Shown here: in pieces, positions 61,304 to 64,000 of the stretch
Layout of the letters: each line of letters begins with the position of its first letter
Numbering within the stretch: the stretch's first letter is position 1
NCBI GenBank assembly: GCA_023400985.1
Contig: JAEXEN010000019.1
Span: 1,954-65,953, forward strand
Length of the DNA: 64,000 nt
Source: Bacillota bacterium
Lineage (GTDB): Bacteria > Bacillota > Clostridia > Christensenellales > CAG-138
Reading direction: 5' to 3'
Position numbers and translations under genes: made by a program
Notes under the pieces: model-generated
Told to the model about the DNA's origin: nothing
Database searches by the model: none
The model's input: the letters and a program-made list of their open reading frames with translations, nothing else

Positions 61304-63044
61304 ATTACAAGCTGCGTTTATGCTGACAGATAAGGGATATAAGGACTTAAAAGGTGCGATCGCCGCCTGCACGCTGACCAATTTTTCCATGATGCTGCCT
61401 TTCGGCGTGATGATAGAGGTCATTATGGAGCTGATCAAACCGCTTTCCGGCGGGGAGATATCGTGGAACAGGATGTGGCTCTATTTCGGCATGGGGATCG
61501 TGGCCGCGGTTATCGTATTTTTGTGCAATAAAAACGACTATAAGAAAACCTATGTCACCTCATATATGCAGAGCGAAAGCACTCGCATAGCGCTGGCCGA
61601 GCACATCCGTAAGCTGCCCATGAGCTTGTTCAACTCCAAAGATCTGTCCGAACTGACTACCAATTTGATGGACGACGTAGCGACGAGCGAACATGTTTTA
61701 AGCCACGTCGTGCCGCAGCTTTTTGCCAACGCGATCTCTATCACGGTGATCTGCGCCATGATGGCCGTGTTCGACTGGCGGATGGCGCTGAGCATGTTCA
61801 TTACGGCGCCGCTTGCGTTTTTCATCGTTGTGTTCAGCCGCAGGGTCTACGGCAAGCTGCATCAAAAGCATTCGGAGGCTAAACTTTCCGCCTCCGGCCA
61901 GGTGCAGGAATACATCGAGGGCATCAAGGTCATCCGCGCCTGTAATCTGGACGGCGAAAAATTCTCGGCGCTGGAGAAGGCGCTGCGGACCATGATGCGC
62001 CTTGCTATCTCCATGGAGCTCGGGACCGGCGTCTTTGTGACCGGCGCGCAGGTCGTGCTGCAAGCGGGTATAGGCCTGACGGTTCTCGCGGGAACGACGC
62101 TGATAACGAATGGGCAGATCGGCTTTATTCCGATGCTCATGTTCGTGTTGATCGTAGTTCGTATTTACGGCCCTATTTTGGTGGAATTGACGCTTTTGCC
62201 CGAGCTGTTTTACTTCCAAATCGCCATCAAGCGCATGCGCGATCTGATGGCCTTCAAGCCGATGGAAGGTGATGCGGACAAGGCGCTTGAGAGCTTTGAT
62301 ATCGGGTTTAAAAATGTGGATTTCCACTATAACGACGGCGGTGAGCAGACCATCCGCGATATGAATGCGGCTATTCCGTCCGGTGGTATCACGGCGCTGG
62401 TGGGGCCGTCCGGCAGCGGTAAGAGTACCGTGTCGCGCCTGATTGCCCGCTTCTGGGATGTGAACCGCGGGAAACTCACCATCGGCGGCACAGATGTCAA
62501 AACCCTTGACCCCGAGCATTTGATGAGCTATATGAGTTTTGTTTTTCAGGACGTGGTGCTGTTTAACGATACGATCTACAACAACATCCGTATCGGCAAC
62601 ATGGCTGCCTCACGGGAGGAGGTTATGGCCGCTGCCAAAGCTGCCTGTTGCGACGAGTTTATTGACAAGCTGCCAAACGGCTACGATACTTTGCTAAGTG
62701 AAAACGGCTCCTCCCTTTCTGGCGGCGAACGCCAGCGGCTTTCTATCGCACGGGCGCTTTTAAAGGATGCGCCGATCGTTTTGCTGGACGAGGCCACCGC
62801 TTCTCTTGACCCGGAAAACGAGGCGCTTATACAAAAGGCGATTTCGACTTTGATCAAGAACAAAACGGTGATCGTGATCGCGCACCGCCTGCGCACGATC
62901 ACGGGCGCGGATAAGATCATTGTTCTGGACAAGGGCCAAGTGGTTGAACAGGGCACACATGAAGAACTTTTAGGGCGCAACGGCCTGTATCGGAGGCTGT
63001 TCACCATCCAGCAAGAGAGCTTGGGCTGGAGCGTAGGGGCATGA
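61296..63044 (+). CDS. ABC exporter, fused permease/ATPase (second of the pair)
   Basis: 'GPSGSGKST', 'LSGGERQRLSIARA' and 'VLLDEATA'. It overlaps the upstream gene by 8 nt. Confidence 0.9.
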   Translation: MPKLQAAFMLTDKGYKDLKGAIAACTLTNFSMMLPFGVMIEVIMELIKPLSGGEISWNRMWLYFGMGIVAAVIVFLCNKNDYKKTYVTSYMQSESTRIALAEHIRKLPMSLFNSKDLSELTTNLMDDVATSEHVLSHVVPQLFANAISITVICAMMAVFDWRMALSMFITAPLAFFIVVFSRRVYGKLHQKHSEAKLSASGQVQEYIEGIKVIRACNLDGEKFSALEKALRTMMRLAISMELGTGVFVTGAQVVLQAGIGLTVLAGTTLITNGQIGFIPMLMFVLIVVRIYGPILVELTLLPELFYFQIAIKRMRDLMAFKPMEGDADKALESFDIGFKNVDFHYNDGGEQTIRDMNAAIPSGGITALVGPSGSGKSTVSRLIARFWDVNRGKLTIGGTDVKTLDPEHLMSYMSFVFQDVVLFNDTIYNNIRIGNMAASREEVMAAAKAACCDEFIDKLPNGYDTLLSENGSSLSGGERQRLSIARALLKDAPIVLLDEATASLDPENEALIQKAISTLIKNKTVIVIAHRLRTITGADKIIVLDKGQVVEQGTHEELLGRNGLYRRLFTIQQESLGWSVGA

Positions 63045-63607
63045 GCGGGTTCGATTATAAGCTGGCGTTTCACTGCGCGCCGACCTTGGCGGGCGTAAAA
63101 CCTGCGAACCTCCTCTCGATTAGGCACGGTGATTGGGATACGATCAAAGCAGGCATTGCCCGAAGCGGACGAATATTTGCCGGCAAGGGAATTTATTTTC
63201 GCAGGCTTGTTTTTTGCGAAAAGCATGTTCTTCTTCTCGTATACCGGCGCGATATGCTTATAAAGCATCTCGCTTTTCCCGAAAACCGCCGCATACTCGA
63301 ACGCTATGGCTACGGCCCGGATGGGACGATCGGCGTGCATCTGAACCGGCTTGCAGTGAGGATAGCGAATTCGGACGGCTTCCCTCACGAGATCGGGATC
63401 TTTCTGGGCTATCCCCCTGAGGATGTGCTCGGGTTTATCGAGCACGGAGGCAAAAACTACCGCCTGTGCGGTTGTTGGAAGGTCTATGAGGATATAGCGG
63501 GGGCAAAACGGCTTTTTTCCGCCTACGAGCATGCGCGCTGCTTTTACTGTGCGTGTGTGCTCGGCGGCGAGGAAATACAAAACATACAATATGGAGGTAT
63601 AGCATAA
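63041..63607 (+). CDS. DUF3793 family protein
   Basis: 'HCAPTLAGVKPANL' and 'FPHEIGIFLGYPPEDVLGF' are typical of DUF3793. Confidence 0.7.
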   Translation: MSGFDYKLAFHCAPTLAGVKPANLLSIRHGDWDTIKAGIARSGRIFAGKGIYFRRLVFCEKHVLLLVYRRDMLIKHLAFPENRRILERYGYGPDGTIGVHLNRLAVRIANSDGFPHEIGIFLGYPPEDVLGFIEHGGKNYRLCGCWKVYEDIAGAKRLFSAYEHARCFYCACVLGGEEIQNIQYGGIA

Positions 63608-64000
63608 TGGAAAAAGTATTGGTGGTATATTGGTCCGGAACGGGCAATACGAAGCTGATGGCGGAGTCTGTCGCCCAAGGCGCAAAAGAGGCGGGCGCGG
63701 AAGCCGTGCTGGCTGAAGTGGGAAATATCACGGTACAGGCGGCGGAATACAGCCGCATCGCTTTCGGTTGCCCGAGCATGGGTGACGAGGTCTTGGAAGA
63801 AGGCGAAATGGAGCCGTTCTTCGCGGAAGTGGAAGCGAAGCTGCACGGCAAAAAAATAGCCTTGTTCGGTTCTTATGGCTGGGGCGACGGTCAATGGATG
63901 CGCGATTGGGAAGCGCGGGTGAAGTCGGCAGGGGCCGATCTCTGCGGCGGCGAAGGGGTTATCTGCAACGATACGCCGGACGAAGACGCTTTGACCGAAT
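63607..64000 (+). CDS. Flavodoxin (3' end outside the window)
   Basis: 'KVLVVYWSGTGNTKLMAE' FMN phosphate loop and 'LFGSYGWGDGQWM'. The start overlaps the upstream stop (TAATG). It is not in the ORF track because no stop occurs in the window. Confidence 0.8.
   Translation, partial: MEKVLVVYWSGTGNTKLMAESVAQGAKEAGAEAVLAEVGNITVQAAEYSRIAFGCPSMGDEVLEEGEMEPFFAEVEAKLHGKKIALFGSYGWGDGQWMRDWEARVKSAGADLCGGEGVICNDTPDEDALTE

Noticed and set aside
60299-61438. A 379-aa minus-strand ORF. ORFs 61698-62519 and 62681-63685 (both minus strand) are similar.
   Set aside because: They are antisense to the two ABC exporter genes and the DUF3793 gene, which carry Walker and signature motifs. They have no independent support.

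Overview
This is a chromosomal segment with Clostridia/Firmicutes-type signals: GGAGG ribosome-binding sites, near-consensus TTGACA-17-TATAAT promoters, a T-box leader and intrinsic terminators. The organism cannot be assigned from sequence alone. I support about 50 protein-coding genes, a five-gene tRNA operon (Val-Asp-Phe-Gly-Cys, minus strand), 2 pseudogenes, several promoters, operators and terminators, and 3 intergenic blocks of GC-rich hairpin repeats. No rRNA or CRISPR array is present.

Most notable content:
1. An arsR-hgcA-hgcB-arsC operon. It carries the diagnostic HgcA 'NVWCAAGK' and HgcB 'CMECGA...CC' motifs, so a mercury-methylation gene pair sits inside an arsenic-type regulatory and reductase context.
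2. A T-box-controlled operon in which AspRS is fused in frame to GatC, followed by gatA and gatB. This would be a covalently tethered transamidosome.
3. A decayed integrative island inserted at the 3' end of tRNA-Cys. Evidence is a 29-nt partial tRNA repeat, an integrase C-terminal remnant, AT-richer cargo and an adjacent degraded SigI-like sigma gene.
4. An XRE-HTH/S24 (HdiR- or CI-like) repressor with Cys in place of the catalytic Ser. It is divergent from a 64-aa membrane protein whose perfect promoter carries a palindrome in its spacer, and it lies next to the radical-SAM/TIGR03915 putative DNA-repair pair.
5. A TetR-controlled cluster of an enoate-reductase-like flavoenzyme plus two-subunit aconitase X.
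6. A GntR-controlled cluster of a membrane protein, hypB, a 910-aa Fe-S flavoprotein and hypA, with no hydrogenase genes.
7. Three tandem double-Cache chemoreceptor paralogs with near-identical signalling modules.
8. A ~255-nt structured repeat present twice, apparently with compensatory changes.

All functional calls come from motif and family recognition by eye. No database search was run.
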